From IMG/VR virus record IMGVR_UViG_3300027969_000046: DNA of 64,000 nt; one strand, written 5' to 3'. The translations under genes were made by a program, and so were the position numbers. The DNA comes from a virus. Below, piece by piece: positions 49,274 to 60,014 of this stretch (position 1 is the stretch's first letter; every line of letters begins with the position of its first letter). The notes beneath the pieces were generated by a model. That model was not told the DNA's origin and ran no database searches. It saw only the letters and a program-made list of their open reading frames with translations.

Positions 49274-49723
49274 ATGGATACAACTTTAGAAAATTTACAA
49301 AGCGCCTTGGCTGGCGAATCAATGGCACATATCAAATATCGGTATTTTGCTAAACTTGCTCGTGCGGAAGGTTTTGAAGATATTGCAAAACACTTTGAAC
49401 ACACAGCCGACCAAGAAATTCTCCACGCATGGGGTCATTTAGAATTGCTAGTAGGTAAACCAAGCACTAAGCGTTGCCTTGAATTGGCGATTGAAGGTGA
49501 AACATATGAATTTACCACAATGTATCCTAAGTTTGAATTACAAGCTAGAATGGAAGGTCATCAACAATGGTTAAAAGAAATCAAAGATAACATTGATGAA
49601 TCTAAAGTTCACGCTGAACAATTCCAAGAATTACTTGTTAAAGCTGAAAAGAGATTCTCTGCTTTAAAAAGAGTAGAAGAAAAGCACGCTAACGCTTACA
49701 AGAAACAATTGGAGAAACTATAA
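49274..49723 (+). CDS. Rubrerythrin (ferritin-like domain)
   Basis: ALAGES.A..KY, QEILHA, GETYE...MYP, ESKVHA, VEEKHA. Confidence 0.9.
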   Translation: MDTTLENLQSALAGESMAHIKYRYFAKLARAEGFEDIAKHFEHTADQEILHAWGHLELLVGKPSTKRCLELAIEGETYEFTTMYPKFELQARMEGHQQWLKEIKDNIDESKVHAEQFQELLVKAEKRFSALKRVEEKHANAYKKQLEKL

Positions 49724-49851
49724 TGGAACATATTTGTATAGTTTGTGGCCATGTCCACGATGAAGTAACTGAAGGTAAATGGGAAACTTTACCAGAGGAT
49801 TTTGAATGTCCAGAATGTGGATGTGGTAAAGAAGATTACACCGAAATGTAA
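49723..49851 (+). CDS. Rubredoxin (42 aa, absent from ORF track)
   Basis: CIVCGH...WETLPEDFECPECG; TAATG coupling. Confidence 0.88.
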   Translation: MEHICIVCGHVHDEVTEGKWETLPEDFECPECGCGKEDYTEM

Positions 49852-49858
49852 TTATTGT

Positions 49859-49935
49859 GTGGGTGTGCTGCTGAATGGTTAGGCGATGGATTGCAAATCC
49901 GTTTTATGCAGGTTCAACTCCTGTCACCCACTCCA
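49859..49935 (+). tRNA. tRNA-Cys(GCA)
   Basis: GTGGGTG/CACCCAC acceptor, TTGCAAA loop, U73, CCA. Confidence 0.88.
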
Positions 49936-49958
49936 AAATTTAGCTAAATCAATAATAG

Positions 49959-50015
49959 CCCCCTGTTGTTTTTACGCAACAGGGGGCTTTACTTTTACCA
50001 TGGATGTGTTATAAT
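49959..50015 (+). promoter_or_regulatory. TGTTG-N8-CAACA box within a perfect 11-bp inverted repeat (may also terminate) + promoter
   Basis: GCCCCCTGTTG-N8-CAACAGGGGGC; TTTACT-16-TATAAT. Confidence 0.8.
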
Positions 50016-50045
50016 GGTTATTCATTAATAAAGAAAGGCATTATC

Positions 50046-51143
50046 ATGGCATATATGAACCAAGAAAAAAAGGCGATTATCGCTTCTAAGCTAAAACCTA
50101 TTTTGAAAAAATATGGTGTTAAAGGTTCTTTGAAAGTCAATAATCATTCTACCATTGTTTTGAATGTAAAATCTGGTAAAATTGATTTTATCAAAAATTA
50201 TAATTCTACGGTTTCTAATCAGCCTGGTGGTTTTCGCAACGGTTCAGCTGCTGAGAAATATTTAAATATTAATCCCTATTGGTATCACGAGCATTTTTCT
50301 GGTCAACCTAAAGAGTTTTTGACTGAAGCATTGGCCGCTTTAAAAGGTGCGGACTGGTACGATGAATCGGATGCTCAAGTTGATTATTTCAATACAGCTT
50401 ATTATGTTGATATTAATATCGGCAAGTGGAGTAAACCTTACATTGTGGAGTGATTATGCCTAAGAAAATGTCCTCGGTTCAATATAAAAAAATTCGCAGA
50501 GAAGATATAATGGATTTTGTAAATGAATTATATGAATGTCAAAACCATTATATTGAATTAGCTGTTGAAAAATCTGGCTTCAAAGAAGCTAATGAAGTTA
50601 TTAAATATATTATGGAGAAAAAATGATTATTGATAAAGTTGAGCGACCACTTGTTATTGATTTGACTGGCCCCCAAGGTAATGCCTTTTATTTAATGGGC
50701 TTTGCTCAGAAAAATGCGAGAAAATTTGGACTTGATAGTGATGCCATTTTGGCGGAAATGAAATCTGGTAATTATGAAAATCTGGTACAGGTCTTTGATA
50801 ATTATTTTGGTGAATATGTGATATTGGAAAGATAATGTCTGGTGTATATGTGATGGTGACCCAAGACGGTTACCGTGTTACGGCCTCTGAGCGCTTTATT
50901 TACCTCTTTGGTTCTTATAATGATGATAGCATGAACTATAACATTGATTCGCAGGTTTTGAGTGAAATGTTTGGTAATTGTGCTATACTAAATTCGGCAA
51001 AAGAAGCACTTGAAGCAGCAAAGTGTATAAGTAAGACGATTAACGAAACAGAAGATGGAATTATGTTTATTGATTCTTACGGTAAATATACATTTGAGGA
51101 ACTAATGGATGGCAAGGCAAACAAAGAACTCAGCAACAATTGA
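50046..51143 (+). CDS. Hypothetical ORFs (50046-50453, 50623-50835, 50835-51143)
   Basis: DAQVDYFNTAYY and IDLTGPQGNAF motifs common in phage early genes. Confidence 0.65.
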
Positions 51144-52191
51144 CCGATTACTCGGTAAGACGGCTGAACCAAAATATGAGAATTTAGAATCTCAAAGCGA
51201 CATAGCAGCCGCCTTAAATTGGTACAATACAAATAAAGATGCTAAGACGGCAGCTAAGTATATTGCCGAGTATGCCAAGAAGAATAAGTTAAAAGGCAAA
51301 CTGGCGGCTGGCAAAAGTTTTACGACAACGGCATATATTTGCCGTATGATTACTAATGGAACAATTTTTACCGATGAAGTGAAGCGAGATACTCATAATA
51401 GAGTTTTGGAGTTGCTTGTCGAGGAATCAACGGAAACAGTCGTGGTTGAGAAAACTGTTCCAGTAGTAACTATACAAGACCGTATTGCGGAAAAAGTCTC
51501 CGAGATTGCAGGAGAGTTGGAAGGGTCTATTGATGATTACATACTAAGTGGATTTTCTAAGATACCATCACCTTATGGTCTAATGCACGATAAGGTAAAG
51601 GCTATGCACTCGGTAAAGATTATTGAAATCTTTAAACGCCGTAGGGCAGAGTTTGATAATGTGCTTGTTAGTGATGATGAGCAGATTAAAGAAGGTTATT
51701 CTAATTTTAGCCGACCAGAGATTAAAAAACTGGTTGCATATTGTGATTTGATTATTACCGATGCTTTGAAGCTTGGTGATGAATCAAAATCTAATCGTAA
51801 ACCACGAAAGCGTAAATCAAAGACACCAGAGCAATTGACCGCAAAGGTTCAGTATTGTGCTAAAGATGATACCTACAAATTAGAATCAGAATTACCAAAA
51901 GGAATCATTGGTGCAACCTCATTGTGGATATTTAATGTGAAAACACGGAAGTTAGGTGTTTATCATGCTCTTGATTCTGAAGGATTCGGTGTCAAGGGAA
52001 CAAGTCTTACCAATTTCAGCGAAATGAAATCGGTACAGAAAACGCTACGCAAGCCAGAAGCAATTCTGCCAGATGTGGTGAAAGGTGCAAAAGTATTTTT
52101 GCGTAATGCAATGGAAAATATCAAATCAAAAGATGCTAAGTTAAATGGTCGATTGAATAAAGATACGGTGTTGTTAAAGATTATAAGGTAA
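51109..52191 (+). CDS. Conserved T4-like hypothetical protein
   Basis: 360 aa; KTLRKP, NGRLN motifs. Confidence 0.7.
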   Translation: MARQTKNSATIDRLLGKTAEPKYENLESQSDIAAALNWYNTNKDAKTAAKYIAEYAKKNKLKGKLAAGKSFTTTAYICRMITNGTIFTDEVKRDTHNRVLELLVEESTETVVVEKTVPVVTIQDRIAEKVSEIAGELEGSIDDYILSGFSKIPSPYGLMHDKVKAMHSVKIIEIFKRRRAEFDNVLVSDDEQIKEGYSNFSRPEIKKLVAYCDLIITDALKLGDESKSNRKPRKRKSKTPEQLTAKVQYCAKDDTYKLESELPKGIIGATSLWIFNVKTRKLGVYHALDSEGFGVKGTSLTNFSEMKSVQKTLRKPEAILPDVVKGAKVFLRNAMENIKSKDAKLNGRLNKDTVLLKIIR

Positions 52192-52368
52192 TGATATGAC
52201 AAAAGATAGACAAGTGATTGTTCTGGCAGTATTAGAAGGCATTTTGCCTGTTGATGCTATTACCGAAAATGAATTGAATGAATTGCATGAGGCAGTATTT
52301 GATGCTGTTGTGGCAAAACAAATGTCAAGATTGCCTCATCTAAGTGCAGAAATGCATTAGAATGGAAC

Positions 52369-53040
52369 ATGGACAAGATATCTTTCAATGAGTTTACTGA
52401 AGCATCAAAGGTAAACATCAAAGCTGAGCCTAAAGTATATCAATACGAAAAAACTCAGTATGTTGTTGTTGATGATGTTTTGGTAGAACCAGATAAATTG
52501 TTAAAATATTTGGATAAGTTTCCCGCCTTAGATAAGGAAGATTTTCTTAGAAATGGTAAAGTGATTAGTTATGCGCCAGGTTTACAACAATTAATTTCCG
52601 CAAATTATTTACAAGAACTTACTCATTATTTTAATAATCTACTTTACCCAATGATTGGTAAAGAATTTAGAATTGATTGGTATACAAATATATTTTATCC
52701 TGATATGAATGTTACAGAAACCGCTCGTTTACCCCATGTTGATACTTTTGACATGGCTATTAACATTTGGTTAACTGATAATCATAAAGATGATGGAACT
52801 GCCTTTTACAAAAATGGAGATAAGTATTATGGTGATAGCATCAAATACGATTTTGTAGAAGATAAAGAATCTAAATGGCAACCATTTGATGGAAATACCG
52901 ATTATGAAAAGTATTTGGTCGTACCATCAAAATATAACACCGCTGTAATTTATAGTGGAAAGTTTTATCATTCGGCATATTATGTACCACAAACAAACAA
53001 GGAAAGAAAGTCGCTAGTTGGCGCCCTATTCTTATTATGA
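52369..53040 (+). CDS. 2OG-Fe(II) oxygenase-like protein (DUF6445 type)
   Basis: VVVDD, PHVD, GTAFY, YNTAVIY...HS. Confidence 0.65.
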   Translation: MDKISFNEFTEASKVNIKAEPKVYQYEKTQYVVVDDVLVEPDKLLKYLDKFPALDKEDFLRNGKVISYAPGLQQLISANYLQELTHYFNNLLYPMIGKEFRIDWYTNIFYPDMNVTETARLPHVDTFDMAINIWLTDNHKDDGTAFYKNGDKYYGDSIKYDFVEDKESKWQPFDGNTDYEKYLVVPSKYNTAVIYSGKFYHSAYYVPQTNKERKSLVGALFLL

Positions 53041-53885
53041 TATTATTTGACTTTAACCAAGTAGCGATTGCTAACTTGATGGAACAAATTGGTTCTTCAA
53101 AGACACCAGTAGATGAATCATTGGTTCGCCATATGATTCTAAACACTATTCGTACCTATGTGAAGAAGTTTAAAGCTTCTCACGGTCCTGAAGTTGTGAT
53201 TGCTTGCGATAATAAGAAATATTGGCGCCGTGATGTGTTTCCGCATTACAAGGCACACCGCAAGAAAGCACGACAATCTTCTGGTCACGATTGGGGTTCT
53301 ATCTTTGAAGTCCTGAATAAAATCCGTGATGAGTTGAAAAACCATTCGCCATACAAAGTGATTGATGTTGATACTGCTGAAGCTGATGATGTGATTGCCG
53401 TATTGGCAACCCGTTACGCTTCTATTGGTAAGGTTATGATTCTCTCCTCAGATAAAGACTTTGCACAATTGCAAAAGTTTTCTAATGTTGAGCAATATTC
53501 GCCTATTTTAAAGAAAGCGATTAAAGAACCTTTACCTTCATTACAGTTGAAACAGTTGATTATTCGTGGTGATAAAGGTGACGGTATTCCTAACATTTTA
53601 AGTAAAGATGAAACCTTTATTGAAGGTGCTAGACAAAAGCCTATTACCGAGGCTAAGATTATAAACTGGTTGAACCAAGACCCTAGTGAATTTTGCACAG
53701 ATGAAATGTTGCGAAACTTTAAGCGTAATGAAATGCTGATTGATTTAACTCAGATTCCAGAAACACTTAAACAAAGCATCATAGATACCTATGAAAGCAC
53801 TAAAGGTCATACTAGACAAGAGTTTATGAATTATATGATTGCTAATCGTTTGAAAAATTTAATTGAGGTAATAGATGAGTTCTGA
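53037..53885 (+). CDS. rnh: T4-type RNase H / 5'-3' exonuclease
   Basis: WRRDVFPHYKAHR, EADDVI, SSDKDF.QL, GDKGDGIPN. Confidence 0.92.
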   Translation: MILFDFNQVAIANLMEQIGSSKTPVDESLVRHMILNTIRTYVKKFKASHGPEVVIACDNKKYWRRDVFPHYKAHRKKARQSSGHDWGSIFEVLNKIRDELKNHSPYKVIDVDTAEADDVIAVLATRYASIGKVMILSSDKDFAQLQKFSNVEQYSPILKKAIKEPLPSLQLKQLIIRGDKGDGIPNILSKDETFIEGARQKPITEAKIINWLNQDPSEFCTDEMLRNFKRNEMLIDLTQIPETLKQSIIDTYESTKGHTRQEFMNYMIANRLKNLIEVIDEF

Positions 53886-54312
53886 AATCCTATATTCGGA
53901 GATATTAAAAAAGTTTGATGATGCACCTAACCGTGCTGGCAAGCTTGCGGTATTACAAAAAGAGGGTGACCCTAGATTCAGAGATTTTCTATTCTATGCT
54001 TTTCATCCTGATATCAAATTTGATATTCAACCACCAGAATATCGTCCTGCGATTGAACCTGCTGGTTTAAATTTTACTTACCTCGATTCTGAGGTCAATA
54101 AACTGTATCGCTTTATTACTGGTCATGCTAAAAAGTCGCCAGACTTGAAACCATATAAACAAACACAATTGTTATTGGTTATTTTAGAATCATTACATAA
54201 AGATGAAGCTGAATTGTTGTGTAAGATGTTTAAAAAAGATTTAGCTGTCAAGTATCTAACTCCACGCCTTATTAAAGAAGCTTATCCAGAAATTAATCTT
54301 CCGTTGGAATAA
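53875..54312 (+). CDS. Conserved T4-like hypothetical protein
   Basis: LESLHKDEAELL motif; follows rnh. Confidence 0.7.
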   Translation: MSSEILYSEILKKFDDAPNRAGKLAVLQKEGDPRFRDFLFYAFHPDIKFDIQPPEYRPAIEPAGLNFTYLDSEVNKLYRFITGHAKKSPDLKPYKQTQLLLVILESLHKDEAELLCKMFKKDLAVKYLTPRLIKEAYPEINLPLE

Positions 54313-54315
54313 ATT

Positions 54316-55086
54316 ATGAAAGTAGCGGTAATAACACCCACAATTGGCAATCCTAAACTAAGTGATGCTTTAAAGTCGGTTGATAAACAGACTTATAAAG
54401 ATTTAACCCACTACATCTTCATTGATGGAAAAGAACATAAACAAAATGTTCATAAACAAATTGAAGGTGCTAGTAAGGTTAAGTTAATTGAATTGGAAGA
54501 AAATGTTGGTAAAGGCTGGTACGGACATCGTGTGTTCGCTGCCAGTTCCTTTCTTGTGAACGCTGACATTATTGTGTACCTTGATGAGGATAATTGGTTT
54601 GAACCTTGTCATGTTGAAAAATTGGTGAAAAAAATTGAAGAAGGCAATGATTGGGCTTATTCGCTCAGGAAAATTTATGATAAAGATGGAAACTTTCTTT
54701 GTGATGATAATTGCGAATCGTTGGGTAAATGGCCTGTTTACTTTAATGATGGCGTGTTTCATATTGATACCTCCTCTTTTGCTGTTAGGCGTGATGTCGC
54801 TGTTCGTATCGGTCATGCTTGGTACGGACAATGGGGTGCAGACCGCCAGTTTTTTGGTGCGTTAAAGTCCAATTTTCCAAAGTTTGATTGTACCAATGCA
54901 CACACCTCTTGCTATCGCCTTGATGGCAATCCAAACTCTGTTACTAAAGAATTCTTTGATAAAGGTAACGAAGAAAATAGCAAAAAATACTTTGGTCAAT
55001 TTCCATGGAAGAATGGTAGCAAATTACTTACCATTCCAAAAGAAAAAATCGAAGAAGTGGGGCCTGGTATAAAGATTGTGTTATGA
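54316..55086 (+). CDS. Glycosyltransferase family 2
   Basis: VITPT, FIDG, YLDEDN, IDTS, GADR. Confidence 0.8.
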   Translation: MKVAVITPTIGNPKLSDALKSVDKQTYKDLTHYIFIDGKEHKQNVHKQIEGASKVKLIELEENVGKGWYGHRVFAASSFLVNADIIVYLDEDNWFEPCHVEKLVKKIEEGNDWAYSLRKIYDKDGNFLCDDNCESLGKWPVYFNDGVFHIDTSSFAVRRDVAVRIGHAWYGQWGADRQFFGALKSNFPKFDCTNAHTSCYRLDGNPNSVTKEFFDKGNEENSKKYFGQFPWKNGSKLLTIPKEKIEEVGPGIKIVL

Positions 55087-56027
55087 AAACGGCATTAGTT
55101 ACTGGCGCTTCTGGTTATCTTGGAAGTCACCTCTGTAAGTATCTCAGAAAGAATGGTTGGAAAGTAATTGGTCTGGACATAAAACATCCTGAGCACCAAT
55201 ATTGGGACATATTTGAATTCTGTGATGTCCGTGACCGACAAGAGCTTGATGGTGTATTCTTTCACCATAAGATTGATGCGGTGTTTCACTTAGCAGGCAG
55301 AATCGAAGTTGGTGAGTCCATGAAAGACCCAACAGAATTTTGGGAAGTCAATGTCGCAGGCACCTGTATGGTTCTAAACTGTATGAAGCATTATGGTGTG
55401 GAATACATCATATATTCTTCTACCGCAGGAGTGTATTGGCCAAGTAAACGATTGATTAGTGAAACCGAGGCAGTCCTTAATAATCATGTTTATGGCAGTA
55501 GCAAGCACGCTGCCGAAAACGCTATCGAGGACTCTGGTATTAAGCATATCATTTTCCGATACTTTAATTTGGCTGGTGCTGATCCAGATAACGATATTGG
55601 TGAAAACCATTCACCAGAAACCCATCTGATTCCTAGAATCCTTCAAAATCTAAATAGTTTTGAATTATACGGTGATGACTATGATACACCAGATGGCTCG
55701 TGTATCCGTGATTATGTCCATGTTTCCGATGTTGCTGAGGCACACATTTCAGGAGTTGAATACCTGATGAATGGTGGCGAATCTCAGCTATTAAATTTAG
55801 GTACAGGAAAAGGGCATTCCAATTATGAGATTATTAACCTCATTACCGATGAATTAGGATTACCTGTAAAATACAAAGTAAAGGCAAGACGGCAAGGTGA
55901 CCCCGACCAGTTGGTTGCCGATATTACTCTTGCTCAAAAAGTATTGAATTACCGCCCAAAACATGATATACTATCAATATTGAAAACAGCTTATGAGTGG
56001 CATAAAGAGTATGACAAGAAAATTTGA
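55083..56027 (+). CDS. galE: UDP-glucose 4-epimerase
   Basis: TGASGYLGSH, YGSSK, RYFNLAGA, ETHLIP, TPDGSCIRDYVHV. Confidence 0.88.
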   Translation: MKTALVTGASGYLGSHLCKYLRKNGWKVIGLDIKHPEHQYWDIFEFCDVRDRQELDGVFFHHKIDAVFHLAGRIEVGESMKDPTEFWEVNVAGTCMVLNCMKHYGVEYIIYSSTAGVYWPSKRLISETEAVLNNHVYGSSKHAAENAIEDSGIKHIIFRYFNLAGADPDNDIGENHSPETHLIPRILQNLNSFELYGDDYDTPDGSCIRDYVHVSDVAEAHISGVEYLMNGGESQLLNLGTGKGHSNYEIINLITDELGLPVKYKVKARRQGDPDQLVADITLAQKVLNYRPKHDILSILKTAYEWHKEYDKKI

Positions 56028-56586
56028 CGAATCGGTAATTGATGCCGAGGATATTATCAATCTCGGATTATTAAAAGAACACACCCATATGATTACGGGT
56101 GATATTAATGATGAAACGGTTGATAAGGCTATTCGTTGGTTGCTCTATGAAAACATGGATACATCCAACGCTGATAAAATGTTAACCCTCTATATCAATT
56201 CAACAGGCGGCAGTCTAACAGATGCCTTTGCCTTGATTGATATTATAAAAAGTTCTAAATTTGTTGTTCGCACTATCGGTATTGGTAATGTGATGAGTTC
56301 GGCTTTTCTGATATTCTCCGCAGGCGATAAAGGTCACAGGTATGTTTCTAAAAATACCAGCGGTATGTGTCACCAATTTACCGATTCTATGGATAGCAAA
56401 TACCATGATATCAAATCTGCCATGAAAGAGAGTGAATCTCTTAATGAAAGAATGATTCGTGTTTTGGTAGAAACCACAGGACTACCACGAGCCAAAGTCA
56501 GAACAAAACTTCTAGGCCCCTCCGATGTTTATCTGTCGGCTGAAGAAATGGTTGAATTTGGTGTGGCAGACCATATTTTAGAATAG
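56011..56586 (+). CDS. clpP: ClpP-family protease
   Basis: LYINSTGG, VMSSA (Ser), MCHQ (His), DVYLSAEE..FGVAD. Confidence 0.85.
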   Translation: MTRKFDESVIDAEDIINLGLLKEHTHMITGDINDETVDKAIRWLLYENMDTSNADKMLTLYINSTGGSLTDAFALIDIIKSSKFVVRTIGIGNVMSSAFLIFSAGDKGHRYVSKNTSGMCHQFTDSMDSKYHDIKSAMKESESLNERMIRVLVETTGLPRAKVRTKLLGPSDVYLSAEEMVEFGVADHILE

Positions 56587-56901
56587 GTAACAAAATGATT
56601 GGCGGCGGTCGGAAATTTGAAAAATCTCAAAAATCCAAATTCAAAAAAAACGAAGATAGGGAAACATTCAAACAGTTTCGCAACAAGCACAACGATAAAG
56701 CCCTATATCGTATGCTAAGACGGGAGCAAAAAGATGTCAGTTAAAGATATTGACAAGCGTATTGAGATGCTTGAAAAACAATTAGAACATGGCGCAACAA
56801 TGAATGTTGCTTTGCAGAATGAAATCAACCGATTGAAATTGCAAGCGTTTGAGGAAGATATCCGAGAACAGGATGAAGGGCAACAATTACTAAAAGGGTA
56901 G

Positions 56902-56954
56902 TGTTGCTTAAAAACAACAGCAGCCCTTGACATCCACTCCAGTTCTGTTATACT
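56902..56954 (+). promoter_or_regulatory. TGTTG-N8-CAACA box + promoter
   Basis: Box 56902-56919; TTGACA-16-TATACT. Confidence 0.85.
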
Positions 56955-56961
56955 GGAGGCT

Positions 56962-57707
56962 ATGAGTGAAATTCTACAAGAAACTACAATCTGGAACGCA
57001 GATTTTCCAGTATCAAATCATATCTATTTACTAGATAATAATAGTAATATTATTGCCTACATTAAGCAAGGCGATACTGCTATTAATCAATTAAAATCCC
57101 GTATTAAATTGGATAAACGATATCGCAAGTTTATCAAAATTAATCACGAAGGATTATCTAAGTTAATACCAAAAGATGAAGGACATGATTATAGTCCAAA
57201 ATCTGGTATTCGTATATTTAAAGTAATATCTGGCAATCACGATTATAAAATCGAAGTTAATGGTGCTAAATTATCTTGCACTTGTATCGGTTATGGTTAT
57301 CGTGGTAAATGTAAACATATTGAAGCTGTAAAATCTAAACTATGATTATCTATGCTAATAATCGCTCTCCTAAAAAATTAAGAGAGCAGAGAAAAAAGAA
57401 ATTGGCTCGAAAAGCTGAAGAATATAATGAATGGCTTAATAGTATTAATAGTATTAAGACCAATTTTAGCCGTGGTAAAAAAGTTAATATTGATAATGGA
57501 TTATCTGTATTATCTCCAAAAGTTTATATTCGGGAAACACCATATTATCCGTCTATGGAAACGCACGGAGGCAGTTGCACAAAACCAGTTCATGGCAAAG
57601 TCTATACAGGCGACAAAATGCTAGGGATAGGTACTCTCCACAAGTCCAATGCAGTTCCGATATTCAATGCGGAAGACGCTCTGGATCAGGCTAAAATGCG
57701 TAGGTAA
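56962..57707 (+). CDS. SWIM zinc-finger protein (56962-57345) and hypothetical (57342-57707)
   Basis: CTC.G...CKHI; YTG...GTLHKSNAVP. Confidence 0.7.
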
Positions 57708-57719
57708 AAAAGTCAATGG

Positions 57720-57809
57720 AATCAAGAGCTTACTGGAGTGTTGCGTGGAAACAACAAAACCAAAAAAAGTCGGTAAAGCCCTTGACAATTGCCTTGGTTC
57801 GTGTATAAT
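57720..57809 (+). promoter_or_regulatory. IHF-consensus site + TGTTG-N8-CAACA box + promoter
   Basis: AATCAAGAGCTTA; box 57739-57756; TTGACA-16-TATAAT. Confidence 0.8.
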
Positions 57810-57841
57810 GGACTTTGTTGAGTTGATAAAGGAAGTAAATT

Positions 57842-58594
57842 ATGAAGTTGTTAAGCACTGGTAACCCAAAAGTATTAAAAGGCATTAAACAAGGATATAA
57901 CACTTATATTCTACATTTAGCGCCCGCTAATTTATCAGGTTATGAAACCTGTCCAAAGCGGACTACTGGTTGCACAGCTGCTTGTCTTAATACTGCTGGT
58001 CGTGGCGGTATGTTTAAAAAAGGCGAAAATACAAATACAATTCAACAAGCTAGAATTCGCAAAACACAAATGTTTTTTGAAGAACGAGCAGGTTTTATGG
58101 AATGGTTGGTTAAAGATATTGAATTAGCTATCAAGCAATCGCTTCGTTTGCATTTAGTTCCTGTTTTCCGTTTAAACGGCACATCCGACTTATCATGGGA
58201 AAAATATGAAGTCATCCGAAATGGGAAATTATATCGCAATATATTTGACGCTTTTCCTAATGTTGTTTTTTATGATTATACTAAGGTGCTTGGCCGTAAA
58301 GTGGCGGACATTGCTAATTACTCTCTTACCTTTAGTGCTGCTGATGGTAATGATACGGATGTATTTAAAGCAATAGACCAAGGTTATAATATTGCTGTGG
58401 TATTTGGTATTAAAAAGACTTTGCCAATGCCTGATAGTTATCTTGGTTTGCCAGTATTTAATGGTGATGAAAGCGATTTAAGATTTTTGGATCCAAAACA
58501 AGTTATCGTTGGCTTGTATGCTAAAGGCAAAGCAAAAAAAGACGAAACTGGTTTTGTTAAGTATCCTTCTATTATGATGAAAGTGGCAGCTTAA
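57842..58594 (+). CDS. Gp88-like Cys-motif protein (radical-SAM-like)
   Basis: CPKRTTGCTAAC, RLNGTSD, FYDYTK, GDESDLRF. Confidence 0.65.
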   Translation: MKLLSTGNPKVLKGIKQGYNTYILHLAPANLSGYETCPKRTTGCTAACLNTAGRGGMFKKGENTNTIQQARIRKTQMFFEERAGFMEWLVKDIELAIKQSLRLHLVPVFRLNGTSDLSWEKYEVIRNGKLYRNIFDAFPNVVFYDYTKVLGRKVADIANYSLTFSAADGNDTDVFKAIDQGYNIAVVFGIKKTLPMPDSYLGLPVFNGDESDLRFLDPKQVIVGLYAKGKAKKDETGFVKYPSIMMKVAA

Positions 58595-59928
58595 TGAAAT
58601 TTACTAGTTATAAAGACCGTGAATTATTTGATACAAGGCACGGCGGTTGTTTTGATAGAGGTTCAGCTGATAGTTATTACCATCGTGGTATTGAGCCACA
58701 CTATTATGTTGGTGATACCTTGTCAAGTGAAAAAATTACTGCTTTGACAGAATCCGAAATTGGTGAATATATGGCAGGTTATTTTTGGAATGAACAGTTT
58801 GGTGATAAGAAAGATTGGAATTAAAATGAAAGTTGTTTATATTGTAAAATCATTTGGTCCCGAAAATGGGTATGTTAATCTTAAAGCGTTTGCTGATTTA
58901 GAAGATGCTGAGGCTTATCATGCGGTTGTTGCAAAACAAATTCCTGATGATATTGAAGATGAATTTGTTGAAATCGAAGAATTGATGGTGGATTATGGTT
59001 AAATTTTTAATATGTGTAGCGTTGATAATGTTAATAATTTATCTATTAACACCAGTATTAATAATGGCTATGTTTAGTTTTGTATTTTTAAAGGCAATAA
59101 TTTTATTATGATTAATCTTGAACAGTTTAGAAAATCTGGTGTTTGTGCAATTTACCACCGAGTGCCTATTGAATTTCTTGATGAATTCAGAAGTGAAATG
59201 GCAAAACAAGGTAAGTTTTTCAAAATACGATATCGTGGTCCCCGCTTCAATGTGCCGTCCGCTCGTTATCGTAGCTTTATGAGTAAAGCAAGCACTTGTT
59301 TAAAACAAGATGCAAAAGCATTTTCAGTTTATAATTATTAAGATTTTGGAGTTTTAATGAGCTTTGATTTTGATGTAGAAAATGTTTACATGGTTGAATT
59401 TCAATCTGGTAAAACCATTTATGTAAGTTTTTATGAAGTTGAAGATGTGTTGGAATATTGTGAAGATGAATATCCAAAAGAATTCATCAAAACAATCTAT
59501 AAAGAAGTTTATTCTAATGATGGAGAAAATGAATAATGGGAACTAGAAGTTTAACCTATGTGTATGATGATTTGGAAAAGCCAATCATTTGTATGTATCG
59601 CCAGTTTGACGGCTATCCGTCAGGTCACGGTGTTGAGTTGTCGGAATTCTTAACACAGATGACGGTTGGAAATGGAATCTCTGGTTCGCCAGAGTTGTTT
59701 AGTTTTGCAAATGGTATGGGTTGCTTGGCAGCTCAGATGATTGTGCATTTCAAAAAATCACCTGGTGGTTTTTATATTTACGCAATTGAATCTGATATGG
59801 ATTGCTGGCAAGAGTATGAATACCACATCTATGCAGATAAATTGGTTGTGAAGAATCCTACCGAAGTGATTTTCGAAGGTTCTTATGAAGAATTTATGTC
59901 ATTTTGTTACGATGAGGTGACTGAATGA
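58594..59928 (+). CDS. Hypothetical early ORFs (58594-58824, ORF ending 59002, 59108-59341, 59536-59928)
   Basis: HGGCFDRGSADSYY; MGTRS...DGYP motifs. Confidence 0.65.
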
Positions 59929-59949
59929 GGCAAACATGGGCGATGCCTC

Positions 59950-59978
59950 TTGACAAGTTCGCCTTTTTGTGTTACAAT
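59950..59978 (+). promoter_or_regulatory. sigma70 promoter
   Basis: TTGACA-17-TACAAT. Confidence 0.75.
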
Positions 59979-60014
59979 GGTTGTTCGTTAAATTGATAAA
60001 TGGAGATTTATATT

